DNA of 63,606 bases, counting the filler, from Octopus bimaculoides (taxonomy: Eukaryota), in the NCBI RefSeq assembly GCF_001194135.2. It is 6 parts of 6 records of this genome, joined end to end, with 100 filler letters (N's around TTAATTAATTAA, not from the genome) between each part and the next. Parts side by side here need not be neighbours in the genome. Positions count along the whole stretch, not along the records: positions 7,087 to 38,093 come from NC_068981.1; positions 38,194 to 52,092 come from NC_069000.1; 4 more parts are not named here. The stretch is one strand, 5' to 3'. Numbering within the stretch: the stretch's first letter is position 1; each line of letters begins with the position of its first letter. Of the stretch, positions 26,376 to 39,727 are shown piece after piece. A model generated the notes under the pieces. That model saw only the letters and a program-made list of their open reading frames with translations. It did no database searches and was not told the origin of the DNA. Both the position numbers and the translations under genes were made by a program.

Positions 26376-26899
26376 AAGTTATTGTCACTGTTGTTATCAT
26401 CATTTGAGGAGTATTCTTTTTTCATAGTGTAATCGGTTGTGATATAAATATTTTCTATCAAGGAATTTCTTTTCTTTATTTTTCTTTTCTTCTGTTTACT
26501 GGTTACAGAAATGTATTCGTTTTCGTTCGAATTTTTTATGAGAGGTGCTTAAAATATTTTTTCTTTTGATTGTTTATGTGTGATTAAAAAAGAAATTATT
26601 TAATTTGCAAATTAAAGACTTTTCACCCTAAAGGCTATAGATTATTCTAAGTAATTAAATACTCGAGTCGTTATGTAGAGGTTCGGTATTAAAAATGTTT
26701 TCCACATTTTGTGTCTGATGAAAAAAGAACGATAAGGAGAATTAAATAACAACAACAACAATAATAACAACAATAACAATAATAACAACAACGACGATGA
26801 CCACAATAATAATAAATGGAAAACACAACAGCTTACTGATATAAAATCTTGAAGAAAGGTAGCTACAAAAATATAAAATACTACAGAAATATAAAATGA

Positions 26900-28195
26900 C
26901 AAAATTCGTACCTGAGATCAAAGATCAAAGAATTCGCCGGTATAAGAAACGCCAACAATTCTTTGAACAAAACAAGTTTAACTCCAATCCAAAACAATTC
27001 TAACTACTTACTATTTTACTTGTTTCAGTCACTTGACTGCGGCCATGCTGGAGCACCGCCTTTTAAAAAAGACAGAGATCAATGCAGCACCATCAACAGC
27101 AGAAATGGAAGAATTTTGGAAAGAAGTATGGGTCGCGAAGGAACTACTCCAGAAAACATCAGTTACGGTAACAAACAGCACCTGAACAACTCCGGAAACT
27201 TCTAATAATGGAAATGTTAATCCAGGCACTGTAAAAACTAAAAGCATCTGGAGGACGTCTGGGCAGGACAAAATACCTTATTTCTAGCTAAACTATTTAA
27301 CAAGGACACATAAGGCGCTGGCAGCGAAATTCAATGTAAATCCAACAGAACCAGAGACAACACCTCAGTGGCTCACAGAAGGGAAAAACCATCCTAATTC
27401 TCAAATCCACTGAATTTACAAAACCGAAAAACTACAGACCCATAACATGTCTCCCTACAACTTATAAAATATAAAAACCATGTCATGAATAAATGGCAAA
27501 CAGTTCTGCAGTTACAAACAAAAGAGAGACCCATAAAAACTAAAAAAAATCTCACTGGAAGAGGAATATTCCAAGGAGATTCGCTCCCCTCACTAACTTT
27601 CTACCTGGCTCTGACGCTTTTAATCGATATGCTACACAGAACTGGATGTGAATGCAATTGCTGTGGTAAAACAATCAACCATTTCTTGGATGTAGATGAT
27701 CTCAAGCACAAGATCAAAGTCGCCCCACCAGAAACCATCAAAAACATAATTAAGGAAAATACAGTAACCGCAAAATATGTGGTGATGGTGAAGAAACAAT
27801 ATGATTTATTGTTTCTAGTTGACCAGTCTCGGTTAAGAAGTAATATACTCTTATACGTGACAGTGTTTGCACCTATATATGCTGGAAGCTATGCCAGCAC
27901 TATGAAATGACAACACACAAAAAAAAGGATGGCATAGGCATATCCCAGAAAAAGTTTCATAAAATGACAGAGCAACCATACTTTGTGACACGCCAATACG
28001 CACAGATAGAAAGAGAAAGGCTAAAAGCCAGATATAGTTGTCAGAGACCGCTTAAAAAGCGCCTTCTAATCGACGTAACAATCTCAACAGACGACAGTGT
28101 ATCTCTAAAAGAAACGAAGAAAAATTCTCGAAATAGAAAAATTTGGAAATAGAGATAACCCGAATGTGGAGAGTGAAAACTGAAACAATAATTTT
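26900..28195 (+). mobile_element. Decayed, internally deleted R4/Dong-like non-LTR retrotransposon (RT plus RLE), with a SINE B fragment inserted near 27015-27063
   Basis: QRIRRYKKRQQFFEQNK; PQWLTEGKTILI...KNYRPITCLPTTYKI; GRGIFQGDSLPSLTFYLAL; INHFLDVDDLK (YMDD position); LLIDVTISTDDSVSLKE (RLE). Confidence 0.85.
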
Positions 28196-29254
28196 AATAA
28201 ATAATAAATTAATAAAGAATATATGTATTTACCATAAAACTTTATGGATGATTTAACAGATTGCTAATGTGTATACAAATATTAATAAAATCAGCTATGT
28301 GCAATGTCAATGTATATATATATATATACGAACACACGCATACACACCTGTATAGCTGTAGATACCTTTGCTTTGAAACCAGGCGATCTCAAGATAACAC
28401 GGCATATAACTTTGGGTATGTTCTATATCACAGTTTTGGCCAATGCCTTGTGTGTGAATTAGGTAGTTGGAAACCGTGCCGAAGCCTATCGCATATGTAT
28501 ATACATGCGTGTATACATGCACACACATGCATATTCATGCACACGCACACAACCACATACACACAAGCACACGCATACATATGATGCACTTTTATGTAAC
28601 ATCTATAAACGACATAATATAGCAATGTATTTTCCATGCTTTGCAGTGTTGGCAAAGTTATTGGAGGGAATAGCAACGTATTTGATAGTGAGCGACTAAC
28701 TTGGCGTTATATCAAGCAGAATGAAGATTTTTACTCTTAGGAGGTACATGTACATACTCTCGAACTCATACTTTCTTACACACCTCCCACTCCAAACTCT
28801 CATACACATTCGTATATAGACACATACATGTACATCCAGCTACTCAACATATGTAAACGCTCTCTTATATGTACATGTATAACACGCACACACGTAATAT
28901 ATTTGTATGAAATTTCCATATTTGAACACACTTATTCACATATCCCCACACGTATATAAACACATGCATACAAACACTCAATATGCACATACAAATGAAC
29001 TCACAAGCACACATGCCGAGAGACTCTCGCATAAGCGCACACAGCAAACACACACACTAACACGCACAGGAACACACAGAGAGCCAGGCATTACGGCCAA
29101 TACGCACACACATACCCATACACACATACACACGTTAACGCAAATTAACATATAATTAACATACAAACGGGCGAACATATGCAAACATTGATGGATACAT
29201 ATATGCATAAATGCATATATACAAACGTCTGTTCATAAATAAATATATACACTT

Positions 29255-29630
29255 TTATCTTGTAGTTAAGTCATTAGAACTGTGGCCACGCTGGAGCATT
29301 GCCTTGAAGGGCTGGTCGAACAAATTAACGACACTACTATTTTAAGTCTGATAAACTTATTAATTCGTCTATTTTATCAAACTGCTAGATTACGGTGACG
29401 TAAACAAACCAACACTGGTTGTCGAGCAGTGAAGGACTAACATGAAAACAGATCACCCCCTCCACATTTACAACTTCCACACAGTTTCCGTCTACCAAAT
29501 TCACCAACGCATTGGTCGGCCAGTGGCTATAGTAGAAGACGATTACGCAAGGTACTGCGCCGTGGGACTGAACTGGAAATTACATAGTTGCGAAGCGAAC
29601 TTTTTAACCACACTGTCTTGCCCTGGTCAA
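29255..29630 (-). mobile_element. CORE-type SINE family B (diverged)
   Basis: gtggccacgctggagca...cacagtttccgtctaccaaattcac...gtgggactgaac. Confidence 0.8.
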
Positions 29631-29664
29631 TATGCATACAGTTATTTAAATATATATTCGTTTT

Positions 29665-29862
29665 AAATTTTGGCAGAAGGTCAGCAATTTAGGGGAAGCG
29701 GCTAAGTCGATTACATCGACCCCCAGTGCTCAACTGGTACTTAATTTAACAACTTCGACACGATGAAAGACCAAGTAGACCTCGCCAGTATTTGAACCTA
29801 GAGTGCAAAGACAGAAGAAATATCGCTAAGCATTTTTCCGTCGCGGTAACGATTCTGTCAGC
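29665..29862 (-). mobile_element. SINE family A (diverged)
   Basis: gtcgattacatcgacccccagtgctcaactggtacttaatt...ctaagcatt matches the reverse complement of family A. Confidence 0.8.
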
Positions 29863-30049
29863 CTTTATATAAATAAATATTACTGTGCAAAGATACGTTA
29901 TAGTTATCATTATTTACATCATAACACTCCTCCTCACCATTATCATTGTCATCCTCTTCAGTTAGCATGAACGGCAATCTTCAACACAAGTGATGTGGGA
30001 TACTCATCATTGAATTCTGTGATATACAAACACGCATCGATTGAGAGAC

Positions 30050-30270
30050 CAAGGCTAAAGGTCAGATAAATTTGTCAGAGACAACCATGAAAAATTGCCT
30101 TCTAATAAACAAATCATTCCCAACAGATGACAATGTATCTCGAAAAGAAGCAGAGAAGCTCTTGAAATACAAAGATCTGGAAATAGAGATAACCCGCTCG
30201 TGGAGACTGAAAACAGAAACAATCCCTATAATAAAAAGTGCATTACGTATGATCACATCTGATATTACAC
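30050..30270 (+). mobile_element. R4/Dong-like RLE endonuclease fragment
   Basis: NCLLINKSFPTDDNVSRKEAEKLLKYKDLEIEITRSWRLKTETIPII. Confidence 0.85.
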
Positions 30271-31067
30271 AGCAGCATTACATCGGTATTACACTGCTAG
30301 CTAAATCCCCTTGATTGTTAGTCTTAATGGCACTTTTCAAGGATCCGAGACCTGCAGGAGGAAAAGAGAATATATCCTCAGACTAGAATGCTTGCCGCAA
30401 TGGGTTTCATTTAAAGCCAGTGGGTGGTATTTAAACCGGCCACAAAAAAATTATTGTCGCAAAGCAGGAATAGGCCCCCGATACATTTCCACATAGTTTT
30501 CATAAATTTAATTCTCGAATCTTTGGTCGAATCGAAGGTGTGGTAGAGGAAGAATGTCAAATGGACTGTGCAATGGAATTGAGACCGACACCATATAGTT
30601 GCTAAGTTAAATTCGTAATACAACGATTATGCTTACACAAGTAGAGCACAAAGCCAACCATTCCATTCCTGTCATGTACAAGAGCAATATTTCCAGTAAT
30701 TGCTGTTTACTGAATATAGTATCACGGGTATTCATCTTCGGACATTTCCATATAGCCACAAAATATAAACAGACTAATTCATATGCAGATAAATCACACT
30801 CACGTCCTGCAACCACGCTGCAGACACTGCAGCACAGTTACTCGAACCCAAGCCAACTTAAATCGCATAAGCATAACCACCGACTGAGAAGAATACACTT
30901 CTTAGCAACAACAGAGGCGCAGTTCTGTTGTTTATAGAGGAAGACGCAGTAAATTTGAGTCACCTACCTGTCTATCTGTCTGTCAATCTGTCTGTCAATC
31001 TGTCTGTCCATCTGTCTGTCCGTCCGTCTGTCAGTCTGCCTATCTCCTTGTCTGACTGCCATCCTGT

Positions 31068-31116
<49 letters not shown>

Positions 31117-32043
31117 AAGCTAACTCTTTGTCTATCTATCTCTGTTTGTCAATGAATATACCAGTCTCTCTGTGTATGTATGCATATATGTATTAATTTA
31201 TGTATGTATTTATGTATATATATATATATATATATATNNNNNNNNNNNNNNNNNNNNNNNNNNNNNNNNNNNNNNNNNNNNNNNNNNNNNNNNNNNNNNN
31301 NNNNNNNNNNNNNNNNNNNNNNNNNNNNNNNNNNNNNNNNNNNNNNNNNNNNNNNNNNNNNNNNNNNNNNNNNNNNNNNNNNNNNNNNNNNNNNNNNNNN
31401 NNNNNNNNNNNNNNNNNNNNNNNNNNNNNNNNNNNNNNNNNNNNNNNNNNNNNNNNNNNNNNNNNNNNNNNNNNNNNNNNNNNNNNNNNNNNNNNNNNNN
31501 NNNNNNNNNNNNNNNNNNNNNNNNNNNNNNNNNNNNNNNNNNNNNNNNNNNNNNNNNNNNNNNNNNNNNNNNNNNNNNNNNNNNNNNNNNNNNNNNNNNN
31601 NNNNNNNNNNNNNNNNNNNNNNNNNNNNNNNNNNNNNNNNNNNNNNNNNNNNNNNNNNNNNNNNNNNNNNNNNNNNNNNNNNNNNNNNNNNNNNNNNNNN
31701 NNNNNNNNNNNNNNNNNNNNNNNNNNNNNNNNNNNNNNNNNNNNNNNNNNNNNNNNNNNNNNNNNNNNNNNNNNNNNNNNNNNNNNNNNNNNNNNNNNNN
31801 NNNNNNNNNNNNNNNNNNNNNNNNNNNNNNNNNNNNNNNNNNNNNNNNNNNNNNNNNNNNNNNNNNNNNNNNNNNNNNNNNNNNNNNNNNNNNNNNNNNN
31901 NNNNNNNNNNNNNNNNNNNNNNNNNNNNNNNNNNNNNNNNNNNNNNNNNNNNNNNNNNNNNNNNNNNNNNNNNTATATATACATATCTGTGTGTGTATAT
32001 ATATATATATATGTGTGTATATATATATATATATGTGTGTTTG

Positions 32044-32077
<34 letters not shown>

Positions 32078-32950
32078 CATTATATTATATAAATGTATGA
32101 TATATATAATATATTGCATTATATATTTGACCACTGTCACGCACACATATATATTCTTATAATATATAAGAATGTTTCAGGAGAAGTCTAGACATAATTC
32201 TATTATTAGATAAATACACTTTACAACTAATGAAATAAGTACATACTTAACAACATAAATAATTCGGCAGAAGCGAAAGAAACCCCGATCAATAAAGATA
32301 AACATAACAACAATGTAGGTATTGCAGGGTTATAACACACACACAAGCACACACACACGTACGCACGCACACACACACACGTACGCACGCACACACACAC
32401 AACACACACACACACGTACGCACGCACACACACACACAACACACACACATCACACACACACACACACAACACAAACACACACACACAAACACACAGAGTA
32501 TATATGTAAACAGAGAGATGGAAAGAAGGAGATAGAGATAGAGTGAGAGAAGGACATGTGGATAAAGGCTGAAGTGTATTGGCTTCCTTCAGGCTTTCTG
32601 GTGACGTCAGTCTCAGTAGATATTGTTTTGGGATAAATATTGTTTTTACAGTTTTGTATGAACTGACTTCCAGACAACAAAAAATAATAAGATAATCATC
32701 AGGCATTGCGGGTAGGGTTGGAAATGCATAGCTTGCGTTCTTTCGTCCTGAAATTTTGAAAGAAGACTTCCAGCCAGCAACTGAAATAATCTTTGGCTTC
32801 AGGATCAAAAAATGAAGCAGGAACGAAAAACCGAAGGCAGTATGAAATGCTAGATTGTCAGGGATTTCTTAGCTTTATGTTACAAAGCGCTCATCCAGAA
32901 TTTAAAGTAGATGGTTCGATTTTTTTGTAGATGCTTGCTGGCCACTTTTA

Positions 32951-33165
32951 AAAGGCGGTGATCAGGGAGATATGAGTACGTCGGGCAAGATGCTTAGTGG
33001 CATTTCGTCCATCTCTGGGACCTGATTTTAAATTCCGCCGAGGTTGTCTTTGCCTTTCATCCTTTCGAGGTCGATAAAATAAATACCAGCTGAGCACTGA
33101 GGTCGATTCAATCAACTTGGCTCCTCTCGTTAAACTGCTGGCCTTGTCCCAAAATTTTAAATCAA
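32951..33165 (+). mobile_element. SINE family A (diverged)
   Basis: aaattccgccgaggttgtctttgcctttcatcctttcgaggtcgataaaataaataccagc. Confidence 0.8.
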
Positions 33166-34589
33166 TATGAAATGCGAAGCCTAATCCTTCCAGACTTATG
33201 ATCCTTATCGCCCGTGAAGTCAAGACCAATCTCTGTAAGACTGTTCAATGTACGAATAGTTTTCATGATATTTTTGAGTACATGAACAGGTAAGTGGTTT
33301 AAGGTCAGAAATAAGGGAAGAGGCTGAAAGAGGGAGAGAGAGAAGGCGATGAAGAGGGTGGTGAAGAGTTTAGTAGCCTGTTTGGGAAGGGGTATTATAT
33401 GAATGTGTATACGTGGGGTAAAATAAAATAATGAATGATCAAAGGTTAAGAGCAATAGTAAACAATATGGAATGGGCAGTGGAGGAGGATAAAGAGTCAA
33501 TAGGAGGGAGTGGTAAGTTGCACGGAAAAAAAACGAAACAGTGCTATAGGGTTGAGAAAAGAAAGAAAAGAATGTTATAGTTATGTGGGAGACTATTAAT
33601 GCAAGAATATAGGGCGTGTAAATCGATATATCGTTCTGGCAGCAGGACAACACAAGTATGTCAATTGGTCGGAGCAATTATAATCCCTTTCATGATCAGA
33701 CCCAGCAATCACACTTCTGTTTTAAGATCCAAGAAAGTCCTAGTATCATATCATTAGCCAGGAATATTTGTTTGTTGAAAAAGAAATAGAAAAAGACAAA
33801 AAACAAAACAAAACACTGCGTTATAAGTCAACTGGAGATTGTTGGATAAGTACAAACTGTATCCTAACAATAGCAGAAGTCTCTGTTTGGCGGAGAAAAT
33901 ATTCATTTTGAAGAAAGTAAACAAAGTTTGTTTTAGAAGTGTTGAGATGTATTGAAAGATACAGAAATAATTTTCTTTAATCTTAAACACGTGATAATGC
34001 TAGTTTAATTAGTTTAATCAGGGAGCCTCTCTGAACGTTAAAAACGTGCTTTTCTACCTCTGTCCTAACGGACGGAAGTACATTTTGTCTAATTGGTCGA
34101 GTTCTACCTACAAATGAGGATTGCCTTATACCACTTTGGATTTACTTGTCATTCCTTTTTTTTTTCATCTAATTCTACATATTTTGACTCTCATTCTTTT
34201 CTTCCATCCGACCCTGGCCCCGACCCTAGCCCTTATCCATAAAATTTCCATTGAACCGTTCTCCTCTCCTTATCTTCCTACTTTGGTCTCCATTTCTTAA
34301 ACCTATTGTATTTTCTTCTTCCTTCACACACTTGCTCTTTCATTATTATATTTTCTTCCACACCTGACACCTACTCACATGCAACATATTAATACATCAT
34401 CGCAAGCTAGCTAATTGCCTCTCCACTATCCGCCCTATCAATTTCTCCTTCATCACTCTTCATCCTATCCCGCTCATATACAAACAAATGCAATGAACTC
34501 TTTTTGCACACAGGCTAATCTTATACATTTCGTATGTGTATTTGGTGTGCAAGATTCTTGATGTGAATACGTGTGTTGAAAGAAATACT

Positions 34590-34895
34590 ATTAAACCTTG
34601 GGAGAGGCATTATGCCGGTAATAAACACACGCACTGGTTCGGTCCTTTATTTATTTATAAACAGGATTTAGCTTTTTTTTCTTCTTTTTTTTTTTGTTAA
34701 ATCATTTCATTGCACTCTTGCAATCTCTTCAGTAACCCGTCTCTCCACTTCCATTCGGGTTACTGAAAAGATTGCAAGAGTGCAATGAAATGATTTAACA
34801 AAAAAATAAAAAAATAAATACTGTTTATAAATAAATAAAGGACTGAACCAGTGCGTGTTTTTATTACCGGCATAATGCCTCTCCCAAGGTTTAAT
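34590..34895. repeat. Near-perfect foldback palindrome (about 145-bp arms, 16-nt loop) with hammerhead motifs in both arms
   Basis: 34590-34739 is the reverse complement of 34756-34895 apart from a few substitutions and the poly-T/A length; both ends carry TTAA. Confidence 0.95.
34696..34739 (-). ncRNA. Minimal hammerhead ribozyme-like motif, intact core
   Basis: CGG-GUUA-CUGAAGA-G-AUUGCA(AGAG)UGCAAU-GAAA-UGA-UU-UAAC. 6-bp stem II, 4-bp stem I, near-palindromic AUGAU stem III. Confidence 0.55.
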
Positions 34896-35872
34896 TGTAA
34901 TCTTACACAGTTTTGTTTAAATTTCACAGATCAATCTCAAGGGTATTCCGGAAGTAGACGATCTGCCATTTCATGGTGCCCTCAGTTTTACACTTGCTGT
35001 CTTTATTTTATTTTATTTTTTTTACTGAAGCTAAATATTCGTTGATTTGTTGCCCTGATGCCATTTGCTTCGCACCCTCAGTACGCAAGAATCCAACCTA
35101 TATACATTCGGCCAGCAAAGTCCAATGATTATTTTATTATCCTTTCGTTGTAGGGATGCTTAAGTAATATGAAACTGTACGGTAAAATATTCAGCTTTGT
35201 TTACAACAATGCATTACCCATGTGAATACATACATACATACATTCCTGTATACGCAGGTACATACATATAGTCAGACAGAAAGACAGACAGACAGACAAT
35301 CCAGTTCGAAGGGCAACAAAAGACCAAAAACAGAAAGCTGCATAAAATTCAGTGAGTTGCAAATTGAGACATGATATATTTATTTAATTGCAATTTGTAT
35401 GTATGTATGTATGTATGTATGTATGTATGTATGTATGTATGTATGTACGTAGGTATGTTTGGATGTGTGTATGTATGTATGTACGTACGTATGGATGGAT
35501 GTGTGTATGTATGTATGCATGTATGTATGTACGTATGTATGGATGTGTGTGTGCGAACGCTCGCGTGTATCCGTGTAAATATGTATGTATGTGTATATGC
35601 ATGTATGCATGTGTGCGTATGCATGTATGTGTGTGTATATATATATGTATATAAATAATANNNNNNNNNNGTGTATGTATGTATGTACGTACGTATGGAT
35701 GGATGTGTGTATGTATGTATGCATGTATGTATGTACGTATGTATGGATGTGTGTGTGCGAACGCTCGCGTGTATCCGTGTAAATATGTATGTATGTGTAT
35801 ATGCATGTATGCATGTGTGCGTATGCATGTATGTGTGTGTATATATATATGTATATAAATAATAATAAATAC

Positions 35873-35916
<44 letters not shown>

Positions 35917-35977
35917 ATATATGCGTGTGTGTGTGTGCACCTGTGAATGTGCACATCTGTATATGTACATATATATA

Positions 35978-36008
<31 letters not shown>

Positions 36009-36284
36009 ACAAGTGTGTTGTATGCATCTTACAACATCTATTTTTGCTACTCTATTCAGCTAGATTTCTTTGCATTTGATAAGGGACATAACAATAGCTA
36101 CACAATACAAACGCACGCTAACATTCCTTCCCCAAACAATACAGTAATAGTTGTAAATCTCCAATTAGTCGAGCCAAGCCAAACGAACGATTAGTTGTGC
36201 TTCCCATTCAATATAACGATGATCAACATTTATATTAGAAGTTTCAATAAATTTTCTTTTGGATATATTACACCCATAACAAAC

Positions 36285-36285
36285 T

Positions 36286-36341
<56 letters not shown>

Positions 36342-36904
36342 TTCAAATCCCTCTCTTTCTGTCTTTCTTTCATTTTTCTATCTCTCACTTTTCATTCCTT
36401 CTCAATTTCTACTTTCATTCCTCAACATATTTTTCTGTCTTTTTCTTTCTTTCATCTTCCTTTCTCTCTTTCATTCTTTTTACATTCATTCCCCCAAACG
36501 TTTTCCATTCTCCCTTTTACTCTCTCTTTTACTCTTTCTTTTTTCATTCTCCTTTTTACTCTTTCCTTCTTTTACTCTTTCCTTCTTTTACTCTTTATTT
36601 CTTTTACTCGTTATTTCTTTTACTCTTTCTTCATTCCTTTGTACTTACTTCATTCCTTTCTATTCTTCAGCCTTTCTTCATTCATTATCTTTCACTCTTC
36701 CTTCGTTCTCCCATACAATTTCTTCTTCCATTCTTTCATTCTTCTTTCATGCTTTCTCTCTTTCATTTCTTTTGTCAAATCCAATTTATTTACTTCTTTC
36801 CTTCACTTTTCTTTCTTTCTTTCACTTCTTCTTTCTTTCTACCTTCAATTCTCAAGATATTTTTCTTTCTTTCTTTTTCTTTCTTTCTCTCTTCCTTTCT
36901 TTTT

Positions 36905-36956
<52 letters not shown>

Positions 36957-37075
36957 TCCATTTTCAGGATTTTTTTCCCTTCATTACATTATCTTCTACC
37001 TTCGTTGTCCACGAACCAATTCTTCGTTCTTTCATTATTCTTCCCGGCTCACTCTCCCTTTCTTTCTTCTTTTAT
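36285..37075. repeat. About 800-bp polypyrimidine low-complexity tract bounded by (CTTT)n
   Basis: Direct reading; source of the spurious 305-aa F/L/S ORF. Confidence 0.9.
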
Positions 37076-37403
37076 GTCTAATTTAATTTGTTTACTTCTC
37101 AGTGAAAGATAAATAATAATAACCACAGAAAAACACCTACCTACCTACAAACCTACCTACCTACCTACCTACCTACCTACCTACCTACCTGCCTACCTAC
37201 CTACCAACCTACCTACCTCCCTAAATAAATAAATAAATAAACAACCACAGCTTATAGCTGCATTAAGCACACTCGTACACATTTACATGTCTGTGTGCAC
37301 CCACATAGATATATACACATGCATATACTCCTGGACGTATTTAATTATCCAGATACATCCGAACATATAGACTTTTCAGATTTTACCCCTTCCTCGGTCC
37401 AAC

Positions 37404-37438
<35 letters not shown>

Positions 37439-37550
37439 CACNNNNNNNNNNACGTTATCATCATCAGACACTTCTTAACATGAGCGTTAACAACAAAAAA
37501 ACTAGAACAGTACTAACAATTAAGCTAATAAATAAAACCTTCTTCTTCTG

Positions 37551-38052
37551 CTAATCGACTGGCTTCCTCCCCCAAAATTTCGGGTCTTGTGACTAGAGTA
37601 GAAACCATTATTATTAGGCCGCAAGATGGCAGGTTCGTTAGCACACTGGATGAAATGCTTAGCGGTATTTCGCTCGTCGCTATGTTCTCAGTTCAAATTC
37701 CGCCGAGGTCGACTTTGCCTTTCATCTTTTCGAGGTCGATAGAATAAGTACAACTTTAACACTGAAGCCGATGTAATCGACTCATACCCTCACCCAAAAA
37801 ACTGCTGCCCTTCTAGTAAAATCTGAAACCCGGCGAAATGCTTAGTGGTATTTCGTCTGTCGCAACGTTCTGAGTTCAAATTCCATCGAGGTCGACTTTG
37901 CCTTTCATCATTTCGGTGTCGGTAATATAAGTACCAGCTGAATACTGGGGTCGATGAAATCGACTCACCCCCCACCACCAAAAATGTGTGCCCTTGAGGC
38001 AAAATTTGTGCCCTTGAGGCAAAATTTGTGCCCTTGAGGTAAAATTTGAAAC

Positions 38053-38055
<3 letters not shown>
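37551..38055 (+). mobile_element. Tandem cluster of SINE family A units (tail fragment plus two units)
   Basis: Repeated gaaatgcttagcggtatttcg...gttcaaattcc...gtcgactttgcctttcatc; the last tail has a 20-bp triplication at 37988-38047. Confidence 0.85.
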
Positions 38056-38093
<38 letters not shown>

Positions 38094-38216
38094 NNNNNNN
38101 NNNNNNNNNNNNNNNNNNNNNNNNNNNNNNNNNNNNNTTAATTAATTAANNNNNNNNNNNNNNNNNNNNNNNNNNNNNNNNNNNNNNNNNNNNTATATAT
38201 ATATGAGAAAGAGGAA

Positions 38217-38257
<41 letters not shown>

Positions 38258-39727
38258 GGAGAGAGAAGAAATGCTTACTTGACCAAGGAAATTCGTAATC
38301 ATACCGCAGCAAATTGGTACGTCATGGAAGACAACACAAGGTAACATTAGAAAAAGAGTCATGTTAAATGAGACAGAAAGGAGATGAATAAGAAAGGAAA
38401 GAGACAGGAAGAGAGACAGAGAGGGAGAAAGGGACGGAAAAAGAGAGAGAGAGAGTGAGAGGCAAATAGAAAGAAATTCAGACGGTAAGTGTGTGTATGT
38501 GTGTCTGTGTGTGCATGTGTGAATGTTTACAATAACTTTAAAATGAGATAATGAAAACAACTGTGATGGGGAGGTCTAAAAGATATATAAATAATTGCAT
38601 GACAATATGAATCTGCATTTCATCATCAATGACGTCATACCGGAGCAGCAAAAATGTATTAAATTGACAAATAATTTCTCAGGGGATAAAGGCCACTTAA
38701 ATAATATATTTTACGGATTACAATAGTAATCCGCAGCATATATTTTTTCTGAAACTGAAACAAAATTACTTAGGAAGAAATATAGTCTGAAATATAAAAT
38801 GAAATATAAAACATTATATTAACGTTAAGATTATTCAAAAGGTTTGTTATGCGGTAAAATGCAGACGATTGTGCAGACTATTTCTCAAGTATAAAAGAAA
38901 TGTTATAGAAAAATAAAAGATGGACAAATATAGTCAGGATATCGGAACGGAGAGTGAACGGAGAAAAAGAGGGAAGATGAGAGTGAGGAGAGAAGATAAA
39001 TTGTGAAAGAGAGAAACAAAGTCTTTTGAGGTTAAAATAAAATAAGAGGATAAATGAAAAAGACAAGAATTTGAGGAGACGTTGTAATCTGACAATATGG
39101 AAGATTATTCTATTCCGTTCAGTGACTCTAAGTCGATGGCAGACATTAAATCCCCTGATGTCGTTGCAAACCCCATAAAAATTTACACGAATCGATTATG
39201 CAAAAAAAAAAAAAATAGCATTCAACACACACGTAGGTATCGACAAAACGCATGCGTAAACATGTATCGCATATATGCGTATACATGCATATAACCACAT
39301 ACAAATAAAACATGCCATAAAAGTGTGAAGATTGCGCAACGAAATATAGGAAGTGACGTAAGTAATTGATGGGTTCTGGTGTGAGATGTTAGCGTTCAAC
39401 AGATGACAACTCAATTGTATATTTAAGAATAGAATCGATAAAGAAATTAATATAACGAAATGGTTTGCCGTATCACGAGCACAGCTTGCCAGAATAATAA
39501 CACCCATTCGATAGAAAAGCTTTTGGTCATTTGCTTGCTTAAACATTATGAATAAACCTTCTTAAACAATTTATATATAAAACCTGTGTTCAACAAGGCA
39601 GGAATTAATGAGACAACATGTTGAACGAAAGAGGTATGGGATGTGCCAAAAATCTTCCGTTTAAAAACAAAGCCGCGTTATCTAAAGCAAATTATGCAGA
39701 AATGTTTTAACATTAACTGTTGAAGAT

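Noticed and set aside
35466-35865. Apparent exact ~195-bp tandem duplication
   Set aside because: The two copies flank a 10-N gap and are identical, typical of unmerged overlapping contig ends.
36195-37112. 305-aa F/L/S-rich ORF resembling a membrane protein
   Set aside because: Stops are absent only because the strand is nearly all C/T; a low-complexity artefact.
37988-38047. Three tandem 20-bp units gtgcccttgaggcaaaattt
   Set aside because: Simple slippage triplication of the SINE A tail.
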